Below are positions 20,112 to 30,483 of a stretch of DNA of 64,000 nucleotides, one piece after another. Positions within the stretch are counted from its first letter, which is position 1. Each line of letters opens with the position of its first letter. The notes under the pieces were generated by a model. The model had not been told where the DNA came from, searched no databases, and saw only the letters and a list, made by a program, of their open reading frames with translations. A program made the translations under genes and the position numbers. Source of the DNA: a virus (taxonomy: Duplodnaviria; Caudoviricetes); IMG/VR virus record IMGVR_UViG_3300029288_000119, positions 29,503-93,502 of that record; one strand, 5' to 3'.

Positions 20112-20597
20112 TTATTGTGCCTCATAAGTCTGAACTGTTAATGTCAACACGTCACTTATATTATCAGCCGATATATTAAATGAATAACTTATCGTTACTA
20201 TAATTTCCGTTTCACTTGGCTCGCGAACACCTACTGGCAGTTGATCTCCACAATAATATACCCCTATTCCATTTATTTTAACAAATTTCATCCATAAGTT
20301 GGTGGATTTTATGATTTCCTCTACAATTGCTTGTTTTAATATATCAGTTTTAGGCTGAAACAATAAATTTAATAAATCACACCCATATGATCTTCTATAT
20401 ATTCTTTCCCCACGTTTTGTTAATAACAAATTTTTTAAATTTTGCCTGACAACTGACGCTACATCAGGATCACTTTCAAATGCATCACCATCATTTGATA
20501 TTGCTAATGGTCTGGCAATATTAATTGTCTGTTTAACAATATCCGTAGTATTACTAGGTGTATATTCATCGGAATACCCATATGTTGATGTTGTCAT
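20112..20597 (-). CDS. baseplate gp25/GPW-like protein
   Basis: VRQNLKNLLLTKRGERIYRRSYGCDLLNLLFQP. Confidence 0.85.
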   Translation of the reverse strand: MTTSTYGYSDEYTPSNTTDIVKQTINIARPLAISNDGDAFESDPDVASVVRQNLKNLLLTKRGERIYRRSYGCDLLNLLFQPKTDILKQAIVEEIIKSTNLWMKFVKINGIGVYYCGDQLPVGVREPSETEIIVTISYSFNISADNISDVLTLTVQTYEAQ

Positions 20598-20623
20598 ATA
20601 ATAATTATGTGTTATAGAACAAC

Positions 20624-21775
20624 CTAAACTGCATTAGATTTGGTTGCAACTTGCATTGCCGCCGCAACTTCATGTAATTTAGCACTTGCATTTGACAATG
20701 CAGCTTTTGAAACAGGAGGGGCTCCGGGTAAAGGAGTAAAATCAGCAAACGTAACGGCATCTAAAAATATTGCAATTTGCTCCAAAAGGGAAGGAATATC
20801 CGGCCCTATTGTTGTAAGAATTTTATTGGTTCCCGAAGGCCCCCCGATAACTGTGGTTCCATCAATAACAACATTATTAGCACGAATTGTTACTTTTTGG
20901 TTGCCTTCAATTTCAATGTTACCCTCTTTATTAAATTTTATTTTCACCCCACCGTCTTTCGACTCGACAAGAATGTTTTTTCTTGCAATCAAAGCATTGT
21001 TGTCGCTCTTTATGTACCAAAGAGCTTCTTCCTCCTGATTACCAAGACCATTTATCATGTTGCTTTTAGAAGAAATATATATTCTTGACTTATCATTCTC
21101 AAAATCAGGATCACCATTTTCTTTTTGAACACCAACGACTATATCTATCGCTTCCCCATCCTCATATCCGCTATCTGTTGTATCTCTTCTATCATTTCCT
21201 AAAACTATACGTCCTGTATTTTTACTGGATATTAAATGATCTTGAATTCTTTTTTCAAAATTTATTCTTTTTTGTAATTTTGGCTTAAATTCATCAATAA
21301 TAGATTGCAAATCTTCCTGAGATGCCACAATGTCATTGATCGACAAAGTATTAGATTGGGATTCAACACCAAAAGCTTCCGCTGCAGAATTATCTGAGGT
21401 ATTTTGCGTTAAATCTTGACCAGCATCAACGTAGCTTTTATCTATATTTGGCCATCGACTGTACCAAAATCCATAATCGAGTGAATCTTTTTCATATATG
21501 ACAGAAACACTTTCCATTGGAGCTACTGGTGGTGTATCATAGTCATTAATTGGCCACACAATGGTAAATCCGGAATCATTCATATTAATTTGTGGTTTAT
21601 AAATTTTTACTTTTAGTGCACCAATCGGACTCATACCATTATTGAATAATCCACCTTTTGTATCTACCTCGTATACCAACGCTCTATATAATATATAATT
21701 GCTTACGTCGTTCAAATTACTTTTCATAGTCCTTTGAAATATCGTAAACGGATTACGAGCAGTTGTAGTAACCAT
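20624..21775 (-). CDS. baseplate central spike (gp5/Vgr-like)
   Basis: N-terminal OB-like segment (WP..PPVAPMESVSVI), C-terminal beta-strand repeats; next to gp25. Confidence 0.55.
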   Translation of the reverse strand: MVTTTARNPFTIFQRTMKSNLNDVSNYILYRALVYEVDTKGGLFNNGMSPIGALKVKIYKPQINMNDSGFTIVWPINDYDTPPVAPMESVSVIYEKDSLDYGFWYSRWPNIDKSYVDAGQDLTQNTSDNSAAEAFGVESQSNTLSINDIVASQEDLQSIIDEFKPKLQKRINFEKRIQDHLISSKNTGRIVLGNDRRDTTDSGYEDGEAIDIVVGVQKENGDPDFENDKSRIYISSKSNMINGLGNQEEEALWYIKSDNNALIARKNILVESKDGGVKIKFNKEGNIEIEGNQKVTIRANNVVIDGTTVIGGPSGTNKILTTIGPDIPSLLEQIAIFLDAVTFADFTPLPGAPPVSKAALSNASAKLHEVAAAMQVATKSNAV

Positions 21776-21777
21776 GA

Positions 21778-22062
21778 TTAGCTCACTTTTTCGTTAAATT
21801 GAACAGGAATTGCGTTGGCTATATCTGTATAGTCTTCATTCTGTGGTTCTGATTTTTTAATAGCAAGACGTGCACGTTCGATCTCTAGTAACATCGAATT
21901 CATTCTACATAACACTTCGCTGATCTTGCTAACCGTTCCGCCAACAACAGAAAATTCAGCACTATCATTAACTTGAACTTTTTGTAACATGTTTAACAAA
22001 TATTGCCGATCATTGAGGATTTTTTCTTCTACCTGTTCAAAATTTTTTTCTTTTTTAGTCAT
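21778..22062 (-). CDS. hypothetical protein
   Basis: 94 aa helical ORF in operon. Confidence 0.55.
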   Translation of the reverse strand: MTKKEKNFEQVEEKILNDRQYLLNMLQKVQVNDSAEFSVVGGTVSKISEVLCRMNSMLLEIERARLAIKKSEPQNEDYTDIANAIPVQFNEKVS

Positions 22063-22068
22063 CTCAAT

Positions 22069-22854
22069 TTAATTATTCATTATCCATTTGTTTTTGACAT
22101 CATAATATATTTTTTTCAATCTTCCAAGAGACAATGATATTTGTTTTGGTGTCATCCCTAGCATATCTCTCAAATATATAATCGCCGCTTTCCTATTATG
22201 TATATCTATTTCATCTATATGATTCAACAAATGAATAACACCATTCAATACTTTGGCATCACGATCTACACAATAATTTTTAATTTCACCAAAATTATCT
22301 ATTAAAAATACAATAAAATCCTTATCAAAAAATTGATATTCACACTCATCGTATGTTGATTTCGATTTCTCTCTGACATAATTTTTTACTTGTGTTTCAT
22401 CTGTCGAAACAAATTTTTTCTCCGATCTTTTAACAATATTGTGTTGCTGGAACAACCAATTTTTGGCTATAATATTAAAATATGAAAAAGCTGTTTCTGG
22501 TCTATTAGTGTCGAATGTTTCTATTTTCATAAACAAAAATCTTACACAATCATCTCTCAAATTTGACACATTATCTAAACCATTTACCTTATATACGAAT
22601 ATCAAATTGCTAGCCAGGGCTATAAATGGTTTTTTTAATTCATTTTCAAATATAAGACTTTTTTGTTTTGGATCCTTACATTTAATAAATTTTGCAATTG
22701 AATGACCAGTTTCTTTTGTAAAATAATTTTTGCGTTTTCCACTTTTTGTCGTACAGAATTTTTTTCTTTTCAGATATTCCTGTTCTCTAATCTTTTTTCT
22801 TTGTTCCTTTGTTAATTTTTTATTTTCCTCACCCTTTTTTTTCTTCCCGAACAT
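22069..22854 (-). CDS. phage sigma factor, gp55-like (late transcription)
   Basis: KNYFT..LASNLI..LRDDCVRFL..FD..TAFSYFNIIAKNWL, resembling sigma region 2 of T4-like gp55. Confidence 0.7.
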   Translation of the reverse strand: MFGKKKKGEENKKLTKEQRKKIREQEYLKRKKFCTTKSGKRKNYFTKETGHSIAKFIKCKDPKQKSLIFENELKKPFIALASNLIFVYKVNGLDNVSNLRDDCVRFLFMKIETFDTNRPETAFSYFNIIAKNWLFQQHNIVKRSEKKFVSTDETQVKNYVREKSKSTYDECEYQFFDKDFIVFLIDNFGEIKNYCVDRDAKVLNGVIHLLNHIDEIDIHNRKAAIIYLRDMLGMTPKQISLSLGRLKKIYYDVKNKWIMNN

Positions 22855-23028
22855 TTACACTTACCAATTCTTTGATCCTATACACATTTTTCTATGTAGT
22901 TATAGGTATCACATATACCTACATTATACCACAAAACAATTATCTTGTAAGTTCAGGCTACTAATATAGCTTGAAGTTCCCGGAAGACCAAGGAAAAGCC
23001 AGGGAGATATATTTTATATTATACGTCT

Positions 23029-23295
23029 TTAAACTTGAGAATGAGGAAACAGATCTTTAAGTTGACCATATCTATCTTTAGTGGCTCTAACTCGTCTGTT
23101 GAAAGCAACAACCCAACTGTCGTTCATTAGCAGATGTTTTTCGGTCATTCTTTCAAAAAATCGATAGTCATCTTGTATTTTATCATATTCTTCATCAAGA
23201 AATCCTACCAATTTTGTGTGGGCAATATAAAACCTTACATTTAATATTAAACTTGCAACCAATAATATAGATATAATGATTATTGTTATTATCAT
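23029..23295 (-). CDS. small membrane-anchored protein
   Basis: N-terminal hydrophobic helix MIITIIIISILLVASLILNV. Confidence 0.55.
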   Translation of the reverse strand: MIITIIIISILLVASLILNVRFYIAHTKLVGFLDEEYDKIQDDYRFFERMTEKHLLMNDSWVVAFNRRVRATKDRYGQLKDLFPHSQV

Positions 23296-23939
23296 TTTAT
23301 TTTTGGGTGTGTTGATGATACTTTTACGTGTCTTTTTATTTTGGCATAATCTTCTAAGATATCAACAATTTCTCGCCAATTTTTTACCCTTATGATTTTA
23401 TCTTTTATGTCGTTTGGTAAATCACGATTATAAATATGATCGAACACTATTACTTTCTTCCCAGATTTTATAATATTTTCAATCGTGCTTGGTTTATCCT
23501 CGATATAAATATCACAATCTACTTTTTCTTTTTCCGATGTACAATACATTTGATCATATTTAATTTTATGGATTTTGAGCCATTTTACCGTATCCTTTAA
23601 CAGATCATCAGTTGCTTGGTCTGTAACAATATTAATATCATATCCAATGGCTCTTAGTCTCGAAATTGCTTCTTGAACATAATCATAGGTAGGAGCTTTC
23701 ACCATAACTTCTGAATGATGATCATAAATCCAAAATTGGTTAATTTCTTCTGGAGACAAATTTTTGAATGATTTTGTGATATTATAAAAGCGAAAATCTT
23801 GAGTATTTGTCCTTTCATTACCTAATACATCAATTTTGACAGCAGGAATGTGCTTTTTAAATGTTGTAATTATTGAAGATATAAAATTTCTGAGACATCC
23901 GTCTACATCTACGCTAAGCCTTGGCAATTTATTTTCCAT
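23292..23939 (-). CDS. HAD-family 5'(3')-deoxyribonucleotidase (NT5C-like)
   Basis: SVDVDGCLRNF, IVT, K, IYIEDKP, FDHIYNR, RVKNWREI. Confidence 0.85.
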   Translation of the reverse strand: MENKLPRLSVDVDGCLRNFISSIITTFKKHIPAVKIDVLGNERTNTQDFRFYNITKSFKNLSPEEINQFWIYDHHSEVMVKAPTYDYVQEAISRLRAIGYDINIVTDQATDDLLKDTVKWLKIHKIKYDQMYCTSEKEKVDCDIYIEDKPSTIENIIKSGKKVIVFDHIYNRDLPNDIKDKIIRVKNWREIVDILEDYAKIKRHVKVSSTHPKIK

Positions 23940-24010
23940 AGTATGCCCTTTCTTATATAATCATCCTTCAATTTCAATTATACTAACTTAAAACAAATTT
24001 GTTATGTATG

Positions 24011-26983
24011 CTAACTCCTTCTAATTCCCGTTCCTAATGTACTATATATTGCAACATTTTTTGGTAACATATGCGGTTTTTTATTTCGCTCCAGTAAATG
24101 ACTTTCTATTACCTTTTCTTCTCCAATAAAACAAGTTCTGGCTGGTATTAATTTTTCAACAATCGACATGTAAAATTTGTCAACACCGGAAATATTGTTG
24201 AAATAATTTATAAATGATATGTTCCCGGATAATCTGGTAAAATATGGCTCTACAAATTGTTTTAAGCTATATTCGTTTCTATATTCAAGTCCAGGAACAC
24301 CAATAATATAGCTCACTTTATTTGTTTTATCAAACAACCTAATCATATCCCTATTCAATGCATCTATCGCATTATATTCCATGGACATCATATCAACTCT
24401 ATCATAGTCAACATTAATATTGTCATGTTCTCCATAAATTATGTCATTCGTATTCCACTTTAAAGAAATATCTGGACACAAATGTTTATATTCAAACAAA
24501 CTGGAATAAAAATTACCAGTTGTTGATGGGGCAAAATTTAAACCAGTAACATCAACCATTGATTTATAATAACCATAATTTGTAATGTTTTGTATTGTTC
24601 CGCTTGTATTGGATTGTATACCATCGTCTAATATCCAATGCCCAATTAACTTTACATAATCATATTCCGGATTGACAGAACCAACTGATGTTAAATCATA
24701 ACAATGTGAATTCAATTCAGTATCTATTAATAATTTATCCCATAATCTGAACTCTGATTGTACAGTTTCGGTCTGTTTTCCTAAACTTCCAGAAAATGCT
24801 CCAACATATAAATAACCATTAAAAGATTCAGTAATAAACGCCCCGACACTAGAACAAATTGATTGGATTTCTTCTGAAGTTGGATCATATTTTTTAATAT
24901 CAAGATAGTGTATTGGTATAATTTTGTCGATATTTCTTCTATATGATATGTTATAATATTCACCATCAAAAATTTCTATTAATGATGATGTTAATCTTTG
25001 AATTACACCCTCACTTGATCCGCTAGTTTCAATATAAACATTACCATACGATGAAGTAAGATCCCGCTCAAATGCCAAACATATCTCGCCACCAAGTGTG
25101 TGTTTAATACCCCATATTGATCCAGTTGTAATATATGGTTGACTTGTAACTATCGTTTCAAAGAATGTCCCGGATTCATATGACAAATATGGTTTAAACG
25201 AAACCAAAGTTTCAATAGACAATGAATTAGTTAATTGATACGGCAATTGTGACGCAGACATAATAATACATGATGCAGTTGAATGTGCATTTGTACCTTC
25301 AATATCTTCTAAATCTGGTTTACCACCAAAATTTAATATTTTTACATACCTTGAATCACCAATATATGAACTAGTTATTGGATAAGAATATGTTGAATCA
25401 TAGTCCTTAACTGAAATTATTTCATTATTTAACCCAACACAGTGCATAAATGCATCAATCGATTCTTTTGTTCCCTTTGTTTTATATACATATGTAATGT
25501 TAGAAAGTATATTCCTCCAAAATATTTCATTTATGTCTTTAATTGAATATAATATGTTATTACTTGCTGAATGTTGTATAAAATATTCAGCTATCGTGGC
25601 AGTTGGGAAATTATCAAACGATTCTAAACCGTATAATTTAATGGCTGTTTGTAATAATTTGTATGGAACATTTTCCGCATTGTGGAAATTCTTAATCTCT
25701 TGAACATGTATTTTAATTTCGTCCAACTGTCTGGCGAATAAATATAATAAATTCGTAAGGTTATATGATTTTAAAGATTCCTCTTCATCTAAGTATGATT
25801 GTGGAATCAAATTAGTAATCATATATCTATTTGTTGAATCATATTCTTTAGCAGATTCCCAAATAGTATTAATATGTGTTACTACATCGGAATAATCATC
25901 TAAAACAATTGGATCATAATAATCATATTCATCAGACATTATACTATCGCCAGATGATCCAACTAATGAACCAGACACCTTATTTGCGGCGCTATAGTTC
26001 TGAATTCGAAGATCTATTGGATTTTTAGCATAATCATAAACAACATTATATAATGATCCATCACTCGTTATATAGTGTGGTTCATTAAATTTAACATAAA
26101 GAACAAGTTCTGGCTCCCAGTGAATGTGTCTGTTATAATATTCAGCAATTTGCTCAGATGTTCTATATGAATTCCATATTCTTAATTCATCAAGCGATCC
26201 TTCAAGATATTCCCCAATTGGAGGACCTGGAGGGGGTTCCGGAGATCGAGATCCAATATAAACACCAAGTGATCCTGTTTCCAAAATAAGATGACCAATT
26301 GGACTTGACGAAGTTACAAGAGCAAGTTCCCCATCAACATAAGCTCTTGTCTCGGCACTAGCGGAAGAATAACAAAAAGCAAAATGGTGTCCAACATTAT
26401 AATACGAATTAGAAAATGGACAAGAAGCGGAAAAAATTGTAGATCCTGATTGAACTCTAAAAATCATTTCATTCGATGCTGATAAAAAGACTTCATAATA
26501 TAATTGATCAAAATCCCGACCCCGTTTAACTATGTATTGATTAGGATAACCGGGTGCATAAGATGCTGTTAATTGACAACAAAATTCTATGGATAAAGAA
26601 TTATCCGATGAAGTAAGAGACATTTTATTTTCATAATCAGCCCCAAATATATAAGAGTTTGATCCACTATTAAAAAAGTGACCTGAATATGATGGAAATT
26701 TTTTAAATGAATATTTTTCAAATCCATTTAACGTATCCCACCAAGACATCCATTCATTCCACGACCATGTGCGATTATATTCGTTAAACAATCTCCATAA
26801 AAAAATATTATATTTTGAATATGCGCTTTGGTATGTAGTGTGATTTGACCATTCGGAATAATCTATCTTTTCACCCGGCAAATTATATGATTTAAGGTAT
26901 GATTCGAGAATAGCTGAATTTTCGGCTGATGAACTTAGAAAAGAAAGATCTAGGGGATAATCGGATCCGCGAAAAGATGTCAT
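24011..26983 (-). CDS. large baseplate/virion protein with LamG-like domains
   Basis: HHFAFCY..YVDGEL..GSLDELRIWN (LamG); YKTKGTKESIDAF (wedge-like); late motif upstream. Confidence 0.65.
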   Translation of the reverse strand: MTSFRGSDYPLDLSFLSSSAENSAILESYLKSYNLPGEKIDYSEWSNHTTYQSAYSKYNIFLWRLFNEYNRTWSWNEWMSWWDTLNGFEKYSFKKFPSYSGHFFNSGSNSYIFGADYENKMSLTSSDNSLSIEFCCQLTASYAPGYPNQYIVKRGRDFDQLYYEVFLSASNEMIFRVQSGSTIFSASCPFSNSYYNVGHHFAFCYSSASAETRAYVDGELALVTSSSPIGHLILETGSLGVYIGSRSPEPPPGPPIGEYLEGSLDELRIWNSYRTSEQIAEYYNRHIHWEPELVLYVKFNEPHYITSDGSLYNVVYDYAKNPIDLRIQNYSAANKVSGSLVGSSGDSIMSDEYDYYDPIVLDDYSDVVTHINTIWESAKEYDSTNRYMITNLIPQSYLDEEESLKSYNLTNLLYLFARQLDEIKIHVQEIKNFHNAENVPYKLLQTAIKLYGLESFDNFPTATIAEYFIQHSASNNILYSIKDINEIFWRNILSNITYVYKTKGTKESIDAFMHCVGLNNEIISVKDYDSTYSYPITSSYIGDSRYVKILNFGGKPDLEDIEGTNAHSTASCIIMSASQLPYQLTNSLSIETLVSFKPYLSYESGTFFETIVTSQPYITTGSIWGIKHTLGGEICLAFERDLTSSYGNVYIETSGSSEGVIQRLTSSLIEIFDGEYYNISYRRNIDKIIPIHYLDIKKYDPTSEEIQSICSSVGAFITESFNGYLYVGAFSGSLGKQTETVQSEFRLWDKLLIDTELNSHCYDLTSVGSVNPEYDYVKLIGHWILDDGIQSNTSGTIQNITNYGYYKSMVDVTGLNFAPSTTGNFYSSLFEYKHLCPDISLKWNTNDIIYGEHDNINVDYDRVDMMSMEYNAIDALNRDMIRLFDKTNKVSYIIGVPGLEYRNEYSLKQFVEPYFTRLSGNISFINYFNNISGVDKFYMSIVEKLIPARTCFIGEEKVIESHLLERNKKPHMLPKNVAIYSTLGTGIRRS

Positions 26984-26990
26984 ATACTAA

Positions 26991-28277
26991 TTATCTATGA
27001 TTCAAAAGCCCCAACTTTTCCAAATTATCAACTGATAAAAATACACTATCATCAATATTTTTCCACGTCCCAAGAAATAGTCCGGAGAATTTAATTTTGT
27101 AAGTTTCGCACATTTTTCTGAATTCTGTCGTAAAAATATTTTTAATTAACCACGAAATAACCTTCGGTGTTATTACTTCCTTAGGTGTTCTTTTCCCTTT
27201 TACAGCGGAGTCAACAAAATTCATAAAATTGATACTTAAATATATGTCGTCCCCAGTATTATTATAAATCATTGATTCAAAAAGATTTTCTTTTGAGAAT
27301 GTATAAACTCTTCTAGGAAGTTTAGATAGTGACGTTAAAATTGCTGGATCTTTGGTAATGTCTTCCCCACATTGTTTAGAAATTTCTTCCCATGTAATTT
27401 CTTCTTGATCGTTATAACATCCACCAGAGTCGCCTTTGATAATTTCCCTATCCATTTCTGGTGTTTGTTGCCACTTATCCCACGTTAAAATTTCGCCAGT
27501 CTTCTTGTTAGTGTATTTGTTCGAATTAACACGTATTGGAAATGAACGATAATTAAGAATAATTGGACCGACAGTCCATGGTGGTAACATGGAATCATCA
27601 AGAAACGCGGCAACAGAACAATTCCTAGATGTTGTTTTTGGCCAAAATTTACTATATAAACTAAGTTGCCAACCCTGAGCAATTTCACCAAGTATCGATT
27701 CACCATTAATCAGACGGTTTATTATTTTTTCTTGTGTATTTATTAAATAACTCTCAAGACCGGATATATCTTTTGCTATTATCGCATCTTCTCTACGTAA
27801 TAATCGGCGTGCTCTACTACTACCCACTCCATGAAGTGTAGACCCTATTTTTAAATTGATACAATCTCTGTTCTGTTTTTTGTTCCCGTCAAAATCAACC
27901 AGACCCTTTTCGTAATCAACGTCTGTATCAGAAACAATCGCGCAATTTGGGTGGATTTTTATTTTGTCTGGATTGAAATGATATTTATCTATTTCATTTA
28001 AAAAAGTGCGCGTAGCAAATACACAACCCGGTGACAAATATTGTTCTTCATAATCATTTAAAGAAGTAATACTACTTAAACATTGATGTACAAATTCGCG
28101 ACCATCATCATGAATTATTGTGTGTGCTGCGTTCTCCATAAATGTATTAACGGCTGATTTTGTGTGGTCTTGTTTAAAATGTTTCCAAACATAAGCACCG
28201 CGAGATCCTTTTGCAGAACTACCAGCACCACCATCAAGAACAACGGTAATTTTCCCCGGTTTAAAGACTGGCTGCAT
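26991..28277 (-). CDS. purZ: PurZ-like adenylosuccinate synthetase homologue (2-amino-deoxyadenylosuccinate synthase type)
   Basis: DGGAGSSAKG (Ser at PurA Asp13), NAAHT, IGSTLHGVG, EIAQG..FWPKTTSR, RSFPIRV, DQEEITW, TSLSKLPRRVYTFS (Leu at PurA Arg303), INFMNF in place of PurA TKLD. Confidence 0.75.
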   Translation of the reverse strand: MQPVFKPGKITVVLDGGAGSSAKGSRGAYVWKHFKQDHTKSAVNTFMENAAHTIIHDDGREFVHQCLSSITSLNDYEEQYLSPGCVFATRTFLNEIDKYHFNPDKIKIHPNCAIVSDTDVDYEKGLVDFDGNKKQNRDCINLKIGSTLHGVGSSRARRLLRREDAIIAKDISGLESYLINTQEKIINRLINGESILGEIAQGWQLSLYSKFWPKTTSRNCSVAAFLDDSMLPPWTVGPIILNYRSFPIRVNSNKYTNKKTGEILTWDKWQQTPEMDREIIKGDSGGCYNDQEEITWEEISKQCGEDITKDPAILTSLSKLPRRVYTFSKENLFESMIYNNTGDDIYLSINFMNFVDSAVKGKRTPKEVITPKVISWLIKNIFTTEFRKMCETYKIKFSGLFLGTWKNIDDSVFLSVDNLEKLGLLNHR

Positions 28278-28298
28278 TATCGTCTCTTTCTACCCCAC

Positions 28299-28670
28299 TT
28301 ATTCAACCTCAACACGAATTGCTGGTATCGATCTCACATCGTTTTTCCCATTGCCATATGACAATTTTTTCGATTCTATGTTTATTAATTCCTGTTTATG
28401 TCTATTTAGTTCTTCCATAAGAAATTGCTTCATGGCTATGGCTGTTTCAATATCAATTGTGCATCTAGATTTATCATTAATAATTTGTTCCAATTTTCCA
28501 ACATCAATACTCATGGCCTCTATATCTTCAAGATGCCTGCTTGCTTCATTATGCCAAAACCAGGAATACACATCATCATAAATTTTTTCTTTTTTTACCT
28601 CATGTCCATAATTTATTAATTGATAAATTCTTGATGCCATATCGGACAATTTAATTCGTTCTTTTGACAT
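28299..28670 (-). CDS. hypothetical protein
   Basis: AAGGAG SD, TGTTAAAAT promoter-like element upstream. Confidence 0.55.
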   Translation of the reverse strand: MSKERIKLSDMASRIYQLINYGHEVKKEKIYDDVYSWFWHNEASRHLEDIEAMSIDVGKLEQIINDKSRCTIDIETAIAMKQFLMEELNRHKQELINIESKKLSYGNGKNDVRSIPAIRVEVE

Positions 28671-28700
28671 GTTCTCTCCTTATTTTAACACATTACAATT

Positions 28701-28886
28701 CTAATCGTGAAGTATTTGTCGTCCGGTAACAACAACTTCACTTGATTCGCGTGGATTTATTTTTTCAAAATTTTTACACCCACAATTTGGGCATGCTATC
28801 AAACACATACAATTTTCACAACATTTCTCACCGTCTACTTTTCTTTGATATATGGCCCCGCATTCAAGGCATTTTGCTAACATCAT
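28701..28886 (-). CDS. Cys-rich zinc-finger protein
   Basis: CLEC, CCENC, CPNCGC. Confidence 0.55.
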   Translation of the reverse strand: MMLAKCLECGAIYQRKVDGEKCCENCMCLIACPNCGCKNFEKINPRESSEVVVTGRQILHD

Positions 28887-28899
28887 GTCAGCTCCCTAT

Positions 28900-29166
28900 T
28901 TATTTAGATTGACGACCAGTTCCTTGACCAGTCCCAGCATTTGGTATCATAGATCTTAACTGTTCAATTGCTTGAATCAACGTGGTAAGTCTATCCTCAT
29001 GATTTCTAATAAGTGTTTGCACATTTAGATTGTCTTGCTCTAAATCTTTAATTTTTGCCTTTAATGATTTAATTTGCGCTTCGGTCGTTTGTACTACTGC
29101 CATGTTTTCACTCTCCTCTTTCTTCCCTATTTTTATGGTGGGTTTCTTTTTAAATGGCCACCACAT
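28900..29166 (-). CDS. coiled-coil hypothetical protein
   Basis: MWWPFKKK start, heptad repeats. Confidence 0.5.
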   Translation of the reverse strand: MWWPFKKKPTIKIGKKEESENMAVVQTTEAQIKSLKAKIKDLEQDNLNVQTLIRNHEDRLTTLIQAIEQLRSMIPNAGTGQGTGRQSK

Positions 29167-29215
29167 TTCACTTTATTGTGCTTTCTTTTCTTAATTTCAT
29201 TAAAAACATTTTACA

Positions 29216-29491
29216 CTATTTGAGCAAAATTGATTTAAGAGATAAACAATCTCTTATTATATATTCACAAATTTTGGCCTGAATGCTACCACATACTATA
29301 TGATATTCGTTTTTAGTTTTTGCTTTCGAATCAATTAAAACATTTAATTTTACAAAATGATTATATGTAATATTTAAATTATTTTCAAGCAATGGTGATG
29401 TAGCATCGAATATTAATTCTGCTGATATTAACCGAGCCGGGTCTTTTTCAATCAACAATTTTATTCGTTTGTCTAAATTTTCTATGTTCAT
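29216..29491 (-). CDS. hypothetical protein
   Basis: 91 aa ORF with GAGGT SD. Confidence 0.5.
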   Translation of the reverse strand: MNIENLDKRIKLLIEKDPARLISAELIFDATSPLLENNLNITYNHFVKLNVLIDSKAKTKNEYHIVCGSIQAKICEYIIRDCLSLKSILLK

Positions 29492-29498
29492 TTCTACC

Positions 29499-30140
29499 TC
29501 ACAATTTCCAAACTAACATATTCATAGTCGTGCCATTATTTTCATATCCCAATAATTCGTTATCATACACAATACATTTTGATTGGTCAGAAACGGTGCT
29601 ATTTGCTATGTTTTCTAAAATTTTTGAATTCAAATCCATGTTTATCGATGGCGTCTTAATATCCTTCAATTTTAGATTAAAAACATCGGTAAATTCTTTC
29701 TTTATTATATTGGCACACAAAATAAATCCGCCTTTTTTAGTAATTCTATACATTTCTTCGAAAGTAGCTACACATTCATCGATATTCAAATAATTAAAAA
29801 GCGTATTACAAAACGATCTATCAACAGATTCAGTTTTTAATTCAACATTAAAAACATCGTTTAATAACAACATAGAATTTTTTGACAAATTGTTATTAAC
29901 ATGTTCACTACAAAAATCGATTCCAACAGTTCTACCACTTTCGGAGTTACCTTCAATAAACGATAATAAAGCGCCATTACCACAGCCAAATTCTGCAATT
30001 ATGTCGGTTTTCCGACTGTTGATTTGGTAAAGTATAGATCGCCCTACATATTCTGGCAAATATTCAAATACAGAATTTAATTTATTCCGATCATCTAAAT
30101 TTTTATCAGAAATCCAAAATTCCATCCACTGTTTGGTCAT
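29499..30140 (-). CDS. class I SAM-dependent methyltransferase
   Basis: IAEFGCGNG, VGIDF, LFNYL, EMYRITKKGG. Confidence 0.8.
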   Translation of the reverse strand: MTKQWMEFWISDKNLDDRNKLNSVFEYLPEYVGRSILYQINSRKTDIIAEFGCGNGALLSFIEGNSESGRTVGIDFCSEHVNNNLSKNSMLLLNDVFNVELKTESVDRSFCNTLFNYLNIDECVATFEEMYRITKKGGFILCANIIKKEFTDVFNLKLKDIKTPSINMDLNSKILENIANSTVSDQSKCIVYDNELLGYENNGTTMNMLVWKL

Positions 30141-30144
30141 ATTA

Positions 30145-30483
30145 TTATGCTTTCACTTTAGATTGATATTGGCATGGAGGACGACCAGATTGTACATTTA
30201 ATCTTCTACTAGCTTCTACCAGACCCGATACAACAAATTCAGCTAAAGTTAGACGTGTTTGTCGTTCTTTATATGTTCCTTGTGGATATCTAAATTTTAT
30301 TAATATTTCTTTAATTGTCATCGGGTTCTTGTATATCATAGATATTAATCTTTTGCATTCGCTTCTGTTTAACATTTTATAATGTGGTCGTCTATATGAT
30401 TCAACAACATCATACCATGTTCGATATAATGACTTTATAATTATCAGAATATTTTTTTCTGGAATTTCTATAACTTTTTTCAT
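30145..30483 (-). CDS. winged-HTH protein
   Basis: PMTIKEI..LAEFVVSGLVE..GRPPCQY. Confidence 0.55.
   Translation of the reverse strand: MKKVIEIPEKNILIIIKSLYRTWYDVVESYRRPHYKMLNRSECKRLISMIYKNPMTIKEILIKFRYPQGTYKERQTRLTLAEFVVSGLVEASRRLNVQSGRPPCQYQSKVKA

Noticed and set aside
22976-23006. Imperfect hairpin (TCCCGG...CCAGGGA) upstream of the sigma gene
   Set aside because: Weak stem and no U-tract; cannot support a terminator or ncRNA call.
26991-28277. Ordinary PurA auxiliary metabolic gene
   Set aside because: Lacks the GDEGKG Asp, the Arg303 equivalent and TKLD; the residues match the PurZ pattern.
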